This document shows, in pieces, positions 12,530 through 24,490 of a stretch of DNA of 64,000 nt (positions are counted from its first letter, which is position 1; each line of letters begins with the position of its first letter). Made by a program: the position numbers and the translations under genes. A model generated the notes under the pieces. It had not been told where the DNA came from, searched no databases, and saw nothing but the letters and a program-made list of their open reading frames with translations. The stretch comes from Octopus vulgaris (taxonomy: Eukaryota): NCBI GenBank assembly GCA_951406725.2, contig OX597828.1, positions 25,048,001-25,112,000 of the forward strand. Direction: 5' to 3'.

Positions 12530-12560
<31 letters not shown>

Positions 12561-13291
12561 AAGGAGAGAGAGAGAGAGTAGAAAGGAGAGAAATAGAGTA
12601 GAATGGAGCGAGAGAGAGAGGAAGGGAGAAGGGAGAGAGAGTAAAGGAAAATAAACAAAATATGCTGGGACAACGGAAAAAAATTTCTTGGCGAAAACAA
12701 AATGAATTTTAACCAAACGAAAAGTAATCAAGTAAAAAGTTAAGCCACAACAAAATATTTCCTAGCTCCAGCATGGCCGCAGTCAACTGATTGAAGCAAG
12801 TCGAAGAAAAATCATCTTCTAATTTTTACTTGCTTCATGTCATTGGACTCCTGCCTTAAAGGGGCACCGCGTTGAAGGGTTTATCCTAACAAATTGACCC
12901 CAGCACATTTGTAATTTTTTTTCTTAAGTCTAGTACTTATTCAATCGGCCCCCTTTTGGCGAACTACTATGTTACAGGGACGTAAACAAACCAACAGCGG
13001 TTGTAAAGTGGTAGGGGGGACAAACACGACGTGCACACAGACACACGGACACGCACACATATACTTACGTATACGAAGAGCTTCCTCAAAGTTTCCGTCA
13101 ACCAAAGTCGCTCACAAGGCATTGGTCAGCCGGAGACTATTGTAGAATTACTAGAAGACCTAAGCTGCCGCGCAGTGGGATTGAACCCAAGACCATGTGA
13201 CAGCAGAGCGTGCCTTTTAACCACACAACCATGCAGCAAATTTACTAAAATCTACCAGATTGAATACTGATGAAATCTTTCACATATTCTT

Positions 13292-13475
13292 TTACTTGTT
13301 TTAGTCATTTGACTGCGGCCATGCTGGAGCATCGCCTTTAGTCGAGCAAATTGCACCCCCCCTCTCGGGACTAGTACTTATTCTATCGTTCTCTTTTGCC
13401 GAACTGCTAAGTTACGGAGACGTAAACAGACCAGCATCGGTTGTCAAGCGATGTTGGGGATGGGGACAAACACAG

Positions 13476-13508
<33 letters not shown>

Positions 13509-13625
13509 CAACAGGCTTCTTTCAGTTTCTGTCTATTAAATCCACTCACAATGCGTTGGTTGGCCCGAGGCTATAATAGAAGACACTTGCCCAAGGTACC
13601 GCGCAAGGGTTCTGAGCCCGGGATC
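13292..13625 (-). mobile_element. tRNA-derived SINE family A (CORE-like CCTTGGGCAAGT), partial
   Basis: Homologous to the full copy at 51173-51617. Confidence 0.8.
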
Positions 13626-13645
13626 ACTCCTGGACAAAGTCAAGA

Positions 13646-13682
13646 CTATTGAAAAGGTTGCAAGACGCAACGAAAATTTTAG
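13646..13682 (+). ncRNA. Minimal hammerhead-like motif, U3-A8 variant
   Basis: cta-TTGAAAA-g-gttgc-aagac-gcaac-GAAA-AT-TT-tag, followed by AATAAA; perfect 5-bp stem II. Confidence 0.6.
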
Positions 13683-14047
13683 GAAAATAAAAATAAGGAA
13701 TAAGTGGAAATTTTACCGGTGAGTGTGTTAAATTATAAGGCACAAAAAGAAAATGACTCTCCCCAGACACAACAGAATATACTTCAACACACGAACTCAT
13801 ATAAAGAATCTTGCAAACCAAATCCAAAAACGAAATATTTCATAGTAAAATTTTCCTAAATTGAAAGCCTTTCTCTTATGCAGTTTTAATTATATTATTA
13901 TTTGCTGCTGAATGTAACTCTCTCTCTCTCTCCCTATATATATATATATAGAGAGAGAGAGAGACAGACAGACAAAGAGATAGACAGACGAAAAGAGCTA
14001 ATAACTGCCGGTATTTTTGTTTCTTAAAGTTTCAGAGTCGCACATGA

Positions 14048-14120
<73 letters not shown>

Positions 14121-17100
14121 CGCGCGCGTATTATGGCTTTATGTATGAGAAGATTAATTAACCTCACATTTGTTGGTTGATCAACCTTTCAATTTTATAT
14201 GAAAAAGCATCGTGAGACTAGAATCTAAAACACGCCGGATAAAATGCTTAGCTGCATTTTGTCCGTCTTGTCTTTATGTTCTGAGTTCAAATTCCGCCGA
14301 TATCGATTTTGCTTTTCATCCTTTCTAGATCGATAAAATAAGCACCCGGTTCCGCACTGGGGTCGATCTAATCGTATAGCCCCATACCCCCGAACTGCAA
14401 AAATTCGAAGCCATTATGTCGTTTCACAGCACTGATAAGAAAACCAATTCATCTGGTAGATTCTTTTGTTCTTCCTCCTCCGTTTAAGTATCAGCAGTTA
14501 ATTTTATCTTTGTCATAGATAAACAGACGTGGTGTATCTGTTGTTTTTTTATCAGAATGTTTATGATGCCCAAATTTTTTCCATTTTATCGCGAGAAGTT
14601 TTTTTTTTTTATACTTTTGTGAATGTTGCTCTTTAGTATAGGAGCTATTTTCTAGATCTTTCATAAATGCCTCATGTCTTCCAAGGTATCTCTTGCGATG
14701 AATACACCACCACACACCTATTGTATACCGTACGTTTATGTTTTGTTTCCACTTCGCTCTGTATTTGCGTATGGCGCTGTGAATTTGGCCCCATTGCTGC
14801 CCCATCGTTTTGCTTGTACAGCTTGATTTTTGAACAGTAAAAAGGACAATTTCTTCAATCTACTATTGGTATATTATGGTGTGTTTGATTACTTAATCCA
14901 ACTGCATTAAAGTTTAATCCCTCCACTGATCATTCAATTATTCTTTCATTTTTTTTCTAATTACAGGTCGTCTGCACTCATGCTGTAGTACTGTCCCAAT
15001 TGACCGCAGTACTTTTTACATCTGCTTGTTGTCTTATCCTATTTGTCGAACCACTCTGGCACCGAGGATAAACAAAGAGCTCTGTTTTTCAAGGGGAACC
15101 AAAATGTATATATCTTTCATTGGTGTCATTTAACCCCCAGATTAACTTTGATACAGCAGAAATATTATTCGGGGCATCCTAGCCGTGATCATCCCGTCTG
15201 CATTTTATCCATGGCTTATCGAGGATTACCGCAATATGGCCTGATTTGATTTAGACTTGTGCAGCAGCTGTCTCTGCAATATCTTACAATAGAATGCGAA
15301 AGTATCGCGCGCACACAAACTGAAACTTATTCACACACACACACACACACACACACATTAGTGAAGCATTGAAAAATGATTTACTTGGCTGTGTGCTGTT
15401 TTCTGACCGTTTTTGTTTGTTTTTAATTATTTAGCCCTTGGCCCAAAGGCATTGAAGCTGGTTTTCTTGAAATTATCTTCGCTTCCATATATGGAGCGCA
15501 TCAATTTTTGTTCTTTGATCTGAGTGCAAAAAAAAAAAATTAAAAAAAATAATTTAAAAAAAACAACCTCAAAATGTCTCGGATACAGTCATTCTCCGCC
15601 ACAGTATCCTTGACAGAATACGAATTTTTACCTCCTCCGATAAAGTCTACGATATTTTCTGTGGTTCCCTTTGTAGCGATTCCGTGTTCCAATTCTGAAG
15701 ATTGAAACTGACAATTTTCTTTCCCAACAAAACACCCTCGTGTTTCTACATACAGAAGCGAAGGCTCCCCACACCACCTTTTTTCTCTGTAGTCAATCAA
15801 TCCATATGTCATTTAGAAGCGATTTTTGCCCCATATTTGTCCCGTAGTTAATCACAGCACATTTCAAGACCAACAAAACAGGGTTCAGATCTTATGCAAA
15901 GGCAGACCGACGTAGAAAGTCCTTGTAATCCACAATGGATTTTAAGAATTTGGTACCTAACTTTGCCTCCTTGGTTTGAAGAACAGAATATGATGAAGAG
16001 GTTTAAGAAGCGAGCTGGAAGAATTGATGGCGTGTCGGACAAAAATTCTCAGCGACATTTCTTCTGGCTAAGTTCTAAATTCAAGAACTGCCGAGGTAGT
16101 TAGTAGTACAAAAAAAGAATAAGCACCAGTTTAGTACGGGGAACGATGTGTACCGACTTGCAACTTCCTCTTATAAACCAAAATTATCAGTCAACCAATT
16201 AATCGATTGGGAAAGCGAATGGGCTAGTGGCTAGAATGGTGCGACCATGATCACCATTCCTGCATTGGGCAGTGCGTTGTTCTTGAAAACCAACTGAAAT
16301 TCACATTACTCCAGTCTTCTCAGCTGTGAGTAACTTTCCGACAGATTAACGTCCCGTTCAGGTGGAGTGCGACAGGAGTGCTGTGATTTGTCGCTGACAC
16401 ACCATGAAATCCTGGGTAACTGGCCCCATGAGAACCTTGGACTCGGGACTAATGTCCACGAGTTGAATCAATCGAGCGCTTTATGCATTTGACCAATCGA
16501 ATCAATCAGCAAGTTTATCTGGGTCCTTTCGTCAATATTCGTAACAGATTTGCTGTAGGGATGCCTTGTCCTTAAAATTATGAATAGTGACCAACGAATT
16601 GTGACAAACCAGCTGACTGAATGATTAAGAAATGGATTACATAACTAATCAACTAAATGACTAAGTGAAATCAAAACATCCCTTGGTCGTCCACAAAATT
16701 ACCCTCTTGAAACAAGATTTGCGTAGCTTCATAGGATAAAAGTGAAAATACCTTCAAACGACAGAAATAAGAAACGTTTGAATAACCGATACCTTAAGTG
16801 TAACGTTAAACTGTCACAAAAAGGGATCAATTAAGGTCGCATTCTATTTTATTTTATGTCATTTAGCTGCGGCTACGCTAGAGCACAGCCTTCAAGTGTT
16901 TTAGTCGACCAAATCGAGACGTAAACACACCAACACTTGTTATCAAGCGGTGATGGTGGGGCAGGGATAAAGACAAAGACATCTATGTATACGAGGGCCT
17001 TCTTTCAGTTTCCGTCTGCCAAATCCACTCAGAAGTTTTGGTCGGCCCGAGGTTACAGGAGAACACACACGCCCAAGTTCGTACGTAGTGGGACTGAACC

Positions 17101-17754
17101 CCGAACTGTGTGGCTTGGTAGCAAACTTACCACACAGCCACACCTGCGCCTATGTGGACATCACTTCTGTATAGAAGCCATTTTTGTAATATACCATCCA
17201 CTCGTGATGCCAGTAGTTAGAAGCCATTTTTTTAATATACCATCCACTCGTGATGCCAGTGGTACCACGTCAAAGTATTTAAACAGATGGAGTTATGTGA
17301 AGTTGTATATTTGACAGTCGTAGAAGAAGACGTTTTATGATTCGAAGAATCAACCTCTGTCTGGACTTTGTGAAACGTCTGAAACTTCATCACATACCTG
17401 CTTGATAAAGTTCTACCTAGAACTAAACTACAATCACATGAAATTCCGCCATGAACTAGATTTAAAAGATTTTTTAAAGGGATTGTACTCTAAACGAGTT
17501 CTGAACGATTACTAAATCTTTATTAGACAATAAGGTAATTTATGAAGAAAAAACAAGGTTTATAAAGAGTGAAGATAAAATGCTCATTAACAATTAAAAA
17601 CAAAAGAAAAGGCTTGTGTTGGCTAATAATAATAATATTTGATCATCGTTACGAATAAAGGCAATAGTGTCTAGCTTAACGGTCTTTCCTTCAAATAACT
17701 GGACCGACATTACTGTTTTATTTTTGTTTTGCATTTCAGAGCCCGTTATAATTC

Positions 17755-18396
17755 TTAGTCAACCTCCTCCGATACTGGAGCAGTCTTTATACCAGTGTTT
17801 TGTAGAGTAACCTCTTTCCCCTGACTATCAGATTCACAAATACTGCTTGCTTGAATACCATTCTCACACATCTCATTCTCCACACTTTCATTCATCTCAT
17901 TCTCCACACTTTCATTCATCTCATTCTCCGCACCTTCATTCATCTCATTCTCCACACCTTCATTCATCTCATTCTCCACACTTTCATTCATCTCATTCTC
18001 CACACTTTCATTCATCTCATTCTCCACACCCTCATTCATATCATTCTTCACACCCTCATTCATCTCATTCTTCACACCCTCATTCATCTCATTCTTCACA
18101 CCCTCATTCATCTCATTCTTCACACCCTCATTCATCACACCTTCATTCATTTTATTCTCCCCATCCTGTGCATCATTCATCTTATTCTCAATATCCTTAA
18201 CATCGTTTAATTTATTCTCGCTATCGAAATATTTAACACCGTTATTCGAGTCTTTAGCATGCATAACATCAGCTGTTTGGGTTCCAGCTCCGTGGGTATC
18301 TTGAGGAACTTCGCAATCTTCAATTTCAGTATCTTCACTAGAAAAATCCTCTTCTGAAAGACTTTCAGACTCCAAATCCGAATATGGTATTTCAGG
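17755..18396 (-). CDS. Uncharacterised gene G2, terminal exon (acidic tail with NEGVENEM repeats)
   Basis: Acceptor ttttctctctttag, phase 0, PEIPYSDLESESLSEED...SEEVD*; AATAAA ~35 nt downstream (plus-strand tttatt at 17717). Confidence 0.8.
   Translation of the reverse strand, partial: PEIPYSDLESESLSEEDFSSEDTEIEDCEVPQDTHGAGTQTADVMHAKDSNNGVKYFDSENKLNDVKDIENKMNDAQDGENKMNEGVMNEGVKNEMNEGVKNEMNEGVKNEMNEGVKNDMNEGVENEMNESVENEMNESVENEMNEGVENEMNEGAENEMNESVENEMNESVENEMCENGIQASSICESDSQGKEVTLQNTGIKTAPVSEEVD
17869..18132 (-). repeat. Coding 24-bp minisatellite, 11 units of NE(G/S)V(K/E)NEM
   Basis: Visible tandem repeat of (ca)ttcatctcattctccacac-type units, in frame in the G2 last exon. Confidence 0.9.
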
Positions 18397-19299
18397 CTAA
18401 AGAGAGAAAAGATTTTTCCATTTCTCAGAAACATTAGTGAAATGCACAAAACATTGGCAGATACAAACACTAATTTGTAAAACAGATAGATTAGAGCGAG
18501 GAAAATGAAACTAATTTGAAAGAAAAAGCTGAATTAGAACGAGGAAAAGGCACCGATCTGTGCTGGAAGGTTAGACTCCCACCGTCACACCGATTTGCAA
18601 AAATGTATATGCACGAATGTGTGTGCGCGCGCACAAACCAGAGAAAAAGCAATGTACTCAACGCATTTAGTTTTTTTCTTTTTTTTTCATTTAAGCCGAG
18701 ACTTCATTCCATCTCACCATTTTTCTCTTAATAGTAAACGAAGTAAGCTGGAAGAAGTGACTCACACGAAATAAAGGTGCTAAACAGATTTGAATGCTTT
18801 CTGATTTAAGCTGACACCAATGTGTTTGGAAAAAAAGATTGGCATTAGCATTTGACTGGCACTTTATTCTATCGACCCCAAGTTATATGACTGGTAAAGC
18901 TTATCTCGTAGAGATTTGTATACAGAATGTAAAGAGCAAAAATATCCCAAGAAATTTTAACAGAAAACGAGAGTTCTAACACTCTACATTTTTGTTTTTC
19001 TTTCTTTACACAAGGACTGAATTTTGGGTGAGGGGAATATAATCGATGACTTCGACCCCAATGCTTGAACTGGTTCCTATTTTATCGACCATGAAAGTAT
19101 GAAAGGCAAAGTCGGCCTTCGGCAGCATATGAAGTCAAAATGTTTAGAACCGGAAGAAATGGCTCGGTAACGATTCTGCCAGCTCGCCGTTTTATGTAAA
19201 TGGTTTCAAATTTTGGTACAGAGCCAACAGTTTTTTGAAGGGAAAGGTAAATTGATTATATCGACCAGTAGTGAACTGGTATTTTATCGACCTATTTTA

Positions 19300-19527
19300 G
19301 GGCGGCGAGCTGGCAGAAACGTTAGCACGCTGGACGAAATGCATAGCGGTATTTCGTCTACCGTTACGTTTTGAGTTCAAATTCCGCCGAGGTCGACTTT
19401 GCCTTTCATCCTTTCGGGGTCGATTAAATAAGTACCAGTTACGCACTGGGGTCGATGTAATCGACTTAATCCGTTTGTCTTTGTTTGTCCTCTCTGTGTT
19501 TAGCCCCTTGTGGGTAGTAAAGAAATA
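19300..19527 (+). mobile_element. tRNA-derived SINE family B (Deu/Nin-like central domain) with 16-bp TSD
   Basis: GGCGGCGAGCTGGCAGAAACGTTAG...GAGTTCAAATTCC...GCCTTTCATCCTTTCGGGGTCGA; GGTATTTTATCGACCT at 19278 and 19528. Confidence 0.85.
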
Positions 19528-19656
19528 GGTATTTTATCGACCTCGGAAGGATGAAATGCAAAGTCAGCCTTTGAACTCGGAACGTAAAGATGCGCTCAGC
19601 ACATTGTCTGGCGCGATAACAATTCTACCAGCTTACCACAATAATAATATACCCAC

Positions 19657-19763
19657 CACGTAATCTGGATCACTACTGCTGCTCCTACTACAAGCGTCCA
19701 ACTCATCCAGTGAAATCTTCCTTTTTCGTGAAGTTGATTGGTTGGGGTTAATTATCAAGTCAC
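19657..19763 (-). CDS. G2 exon (DLIINPNQSTSRKRKISLDELDACSRSSSSDPDYV)
   Basis: cag acceptor, gtgggt donor; phase 1->0 fits both neighbours. Confidence 0.75.
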
Positions 19764-21753
19764 CTGTGAAATATAGGAGAAAGAGACGATTTCAACAAGG
19801 ATCTCAACTTTTTAAAAATATATAGCGACTGCTTAACAAGTTATTGGTTCGCTTCATCTTGTTGGCGTTAGAAGTGACAAGATGTCTAACGTGGTTCAGG
19901 AATTTTTAAAAGGGACATCGTTCGAATAGCACCGGCATTTTTCCTATAGATGTTTACATCCTACACCGGTGTAGACAGTTTATTGATTGCAATTAACGCC
20001 GAATTGCCGAAGATGGGACAACTCCCACACTGCATTCAGTTATATTACGGAAGTTATCTCCCATTATTTTCTTCCGATTTCTTATCGAAAATTAAACAGA
20101 TTAACAAATGTAAATTAAAATTTAGAAATATTCATACACTAAAAGTCGAATGAGGATAGTGTGTGCGCAGACTATGAAGTTAGCATAGTTTATGAAACAA
20201 AATTTTTTTAAATGGCTATTAGAAATTCTGCACCTTATTTCATTGAAAATTTATGTAGCTAAATGTTTTGTGGTAAAAGAGATTCATGTAGTCGCGTAAC
20301 CAACGAAGACCAGCCAAGTTTCCCTCATGTTACACCCTAACGTCTTAAACTTTTAGCATTCAAATTACTTTCAAATGTTTTATTTATCCATTGTTTTTAA
20401 TTGAACATACAATTAACTAATAGTCCCGTGATGTCGATGTGATTATTTTTTTGGATGACATTGTCAGGTGGATGTGAGAGGCCGCATTTAACAGGTTTGA
20501 ACATAAAACGAGTAGAATGTTTGAGCCATATATGGCCGCTTTAAATGCAAAAAAGGTAAAATGTTTTTTTAAAACGAGCGCATTGAATATACAAGAACAG
20601 GATGGTCACAGCTGCAACCCCTATGATCATTTTCTGCTAACTCCAGGTTAACTTAAACTAACAGTTATGTTCAAAAGTACATGTATGAGAAACTGCTGAA
20701 AAATATGAAAATATTTCTCTTTTAATTTGGGTACAAAACTAAAGGGGATTATGCAATGGGCCCATCGAACAGGTAAGATTAGGGACCGAGTTACATTTTT
20801 TTTCCTTTTATGCGGTTCTCGTATTAAAAGAGGTAAAAAAATATCATGAAAATTGGATTCGCTAATATTTTTTTCTATAAGGTTTGTATTAAATCACGTT
20901 TATAAATCTTGTTTTTAAGCTGATCATTTGTGCAGATATGCAGGGTACTAGGACAAGGTTTGAGTTCTTTCACATCTAATCGCATTTAAAAGGTGGTTAG
21001 TTTTGGAAATGATTTATGAAACATCCGATGAAGTTCGCCGTGGTAAAGAATTGTAAACCTTGTTGCCAAGTTTAAATTTTTAGAATTAGAACCATTTTTA
21101 GTTTGTTGCAGAATTTTTCCAATATTTAGTTTTAGATAGGAATCTTGGGAATCCTGGTATTTTCTATGAAGAAAGAAAAATTAGCTCCGGAGCGAGGAAT
21201 GTGACTATCATTCCAGACTGGTGAAACCAGACTAGATACCCTCCAGTCTAAAAGTCAGGCAACCAGGGAAACACCGAGACGAGGCCTGGGGTGTAGACAA
21301 AGTTTGCAACAGAATTGAGTGAGCAAGATTTCAAGTTACAAGTGGTGTTAGGCCTACGAATAATAAGCATGGCGATACATTCGAAAACTGATTGAGGCAC
21401 ATATATATATATATAGTAAAGAAAAACACGTCCGAAAAAAAATTAGTTTCAATTTTCGGAACAAGGCTAGTTATTTCCAGAGAGGAGATAAGTCGATTAC
21501 ATCAACCGCAGGTTTATTTTGACCTTAAAATAGATGAAAGGCAAAGACAACCTCGGTGGAATTTGAACTCAGAACGTAAAGACGGACGAAATGCCGCTAA
21601 GCATTTTTTGCTCGGTGTACGAGCGATTCTGTCGGCTCGCAGACAAAAAAAAAAAAAAAAAAAAAAAAACCTTGAAAAATATCGAGACCATTTTCCTAAA
21701 GCTAAATCAATTCAGACCACCACACCAGTTGATAAGCTTAAAAATGGATTTAC

Positions 21754-21871
21754 CAGTTTCAGCGAGAATCAGTTTAAAGCGATAGTCTGCGGCAGCCAAA
21801 TTTACAACTTCATTCGTCATTTTCTTGACTTGTAAGAGAAATCTATTTCGGATCATGCGACGAGGAGATAC
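21754..21871 (-). CDS. G2 exon (VSPRRMIRNRFLLQVKKMTNEVVNLAAADYRFKLILAET)
   Basis: tttcttag acceptor, gtaaat donor; phase 0->1. Confidence 0.72.
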
Positions 21872-22197
21872 CTAAGAAACAAAAGATCAATATCGTTTAG
21901 TGAAATTTAGTTGAACAAAATTGAGAAAGCTCATCGTGTCTGTGTTTATGCTTATAGATATAAACCAATACATAAAAAAGTGTTTTCTTTTTGTCAAATG
22001 GTATTTTAGACTTTCGATCTAATAAAATTTTAAAACACGTACTGGTCGATGCGATCAACCAAATCTATTTAAAAAGTGCCCCAGTATGGGCACAGACATA
22101 ACTGAAACCAGTAAAATAGACATAGCTCTACCAATCACTAACACCCACACCATTCACCAGAAATCTCATTCTCTTTTAAATACCTTGTGATACTTAC

Positions 22198-22290
22198 AAT
22201 TTTGCGACCCGAGGATGATATAGGACCCAATTTTTGACAGTAGTCGTTGACATCAAAGGTTACATTTCGGATGAAATGCAACATTGCTAC
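22198..22290 (-). CDS. G2 exon (VAMLHFIRNVTFDVNDYCQKLGPISSSGRKI)
   Basis: ttttcttgtag acceptor, gtaagt donor; phase 0->0. Confidence 0.75.
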
Positions 22291-23626
22291 CTACAAGAAA
22301 AGTCAATGAAGGAATCGAATTAAGGAATAATAGAAGACACCAACTTCGACTAAAAGCGTACGAGTACTCCTCACGTCTGGTAAGTGAGATCTTGTGAAAG
22401 GAAATAATGGAAGCAAGTGTTTGTAAACAGTTTAATAAAAACAATCTAGATATTAATTCTAAAGATGTTTGTTGGATCATATTTAGGCTATCTTCTAGAA
22501 TTCCATTGTCATCTTATAGACAAAAGAATGGTAAAACTCACTTCACAATCACGTGGCTTTATGTAAAGCTCTTTTCGTATCTTGTTACCGTCCGGGTGAC
22601 TAATAATACTTGAGTGGAATCTAAGAGACGAAAACCTCATGGAAGACGTTGTGTGCATGCATATATATATATATATTATATGTGTGTATAAAAAATCGGC
22701 AGAATCTGTATTGGTTCACAACAGCATTCTGTCTGTGGATAGACTATAGAAAAATCACAAAACTACGGTTTTCGTCTTGAGAAAGCTAAAAGTCACATGT
22801 ATCAATATCTGATTAAAAGCAGCTGAAGTGTAATTGCTAAAAATCTAGATTTCTGCTTCTTTGAGCGTAATCACTAACAGGTATCCATCAGCAAACGCAT
22901 GCTTAGACAAATATAGCTTCTGATATAGAAAAACCGATTAACAAATCAATGTCGCAAACAGCGAGATACCACATAGGTCATCTAAGGCAAGAACCCTCAA
23001 ATAATGGTAAAAATTAAAGGGAAGTGTGCTGTGGCTTGAAGGACCGAGTGAAGAATTTCTATCACTAATCAAGGCTTTAAAGCGTCTTAGGAGCATGATA
23101 CATTCAGGAAGAATAAGTCCAGCTGTATCTACCACTCGATAAGTATTTAATACAGAATTATTTTAGATTTAGCTCGGAGTATTAATTTCAACTCGGTAAG
23201 AATCTTATTAACGGTGTCATCATCAGTACGCATTCAAGTGAGAATCGATAAGGGAGACATGGTCGTTCGAGCTGCTAAAATCTTAGTCAAGTTTCCATCA
23301 CATCACGCCTGCCTCAGGAATATTGGATTATGTGGTATATTGTATAGAGGATGATGCATTCTGAAAAGTCATAGATTTTCTCAAGGTTGGCCTTGGGCTA
23401 TACACAATCAGCATACAAGAATCCAGATGTATAGAGAATTTAATTTATCCCTATTGCAAATGGGGAATACAAGGTCGTTCGATTTACTGAAAATAATCCT
23501 CACTAAAATCACGTCCTACTATCTTCTATAGGAATCAACGGAGAGGTCGTGTTTGTAAGGCTGTTTACTATACATCTGATCGATCAGAGATACATTCGAA
23601 AGTAAGAGAAAAAGTGTCACACTTAC

Positions 23627-23698
23627 GTAAGCGTTAAACGGATGCAAAACGAAGGTCTTGTAGAATAAGACAAAGAATTTTTCGATGCCTTCGACTTC
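23627..23698 (-). CDS. G2 exon (EVEGIEKFFVLFYKTFVLHPFNAY)
   Basis: tttctttaattccag acceptor, gtaagt donor; phase 0->0. Confidence 0.72.
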
Positions 23699-24283
23699 CT
23701 GGAATTAAAGAAAAATGGTAAATTATTTAACCGAATTGAAGTATATTCACATCTTTCAGATTACACTAAACTAGTTTTACTCGATTATTCGTCAGTCTAT
23801 TACACTTTTGGTCATCGGATGGAGACATGCTGTGTTATCTCCTTGAATGATTTTAGTCAAACAAAGAAACCTCAGTACGTATTTAAATTTGGTACTTAGA
23901 CGACTCCGTCGGTCACGAATGACCATGGGTACACCTAAGAGGTGTCCCCTCCGGGGTACAAATCTGGGTGGAAAGTCACCTCACCGGCGAACGCACAACC
24001 TATGGTTTTTATGGAAGATCAGCAGTCGCTCATGCATACCAGCCTCCCCGATGTTATCCAAGGGAAAAGCAAAGGCCGATTCAGCTTTTGCCTGTAACGT
24101 CGCTACTCATTTCTACAGCTGGGTGAACTGAAGCAACGTGAAATAAAGTGCCTTGCTCAAGAACACAACATGCAGCCCGGTTCAGGAATCGAACTCACAA
24201 CCTCCTAATCGTAAGTTTGACCCTCTAACCACTGAACCATGCGCCTTCACTCTTTGAGGTAAAATATATATGCCCACCGTAAG

Positions 24284-24490
24284 GCGGCGAGCTGGCAGAA
24301 ACGTTAGCACGCCGGGCGTAATGCTTAGCGGCATTTCATGTGCCGCTACGTTCTGAGTTCAAATTCCGCCGAGGTCGACTTTGCCTTTCATCCTTTCAGG
24401 GTCAATAAATTTAGTACCAGTTGCGTACTGGGTTCGATCTAATCGACTGCCCCCCGCCCCTCCCGGGCCTTTGTGCCTAGTGCAGAACAG
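24284..24490 (+). mobile_element. SINE family B
   Basis: Family consensus match; near-perfect TSD aatat(a/t)tatgcccac. Confidence 0.85.

Noticed and set aside
14680-15070. Possible plus-strand exons (acceptor at ~14966, VVCTHAVVLSQ...)
   Set aside because: No consistent upstream exon or recognisable homology could be assembled.
15440-15812. 90-aa ORF / Tc1-like VWGAF fragment
   Set aside because: Too degenerate to call; no TIRs found.
17869-18132. CRISPR-like regular repeat
   Set aside because: Contiguous tandem units with no unique spacers; eukaryotic context.
17847-18210. His-rich plus-strand ORFs (HSSHSPH / HTFIHLIL)
   Set aside because: Antisense shadows of the 24-bp coding repeat; the minus frame splices coherently into G2.
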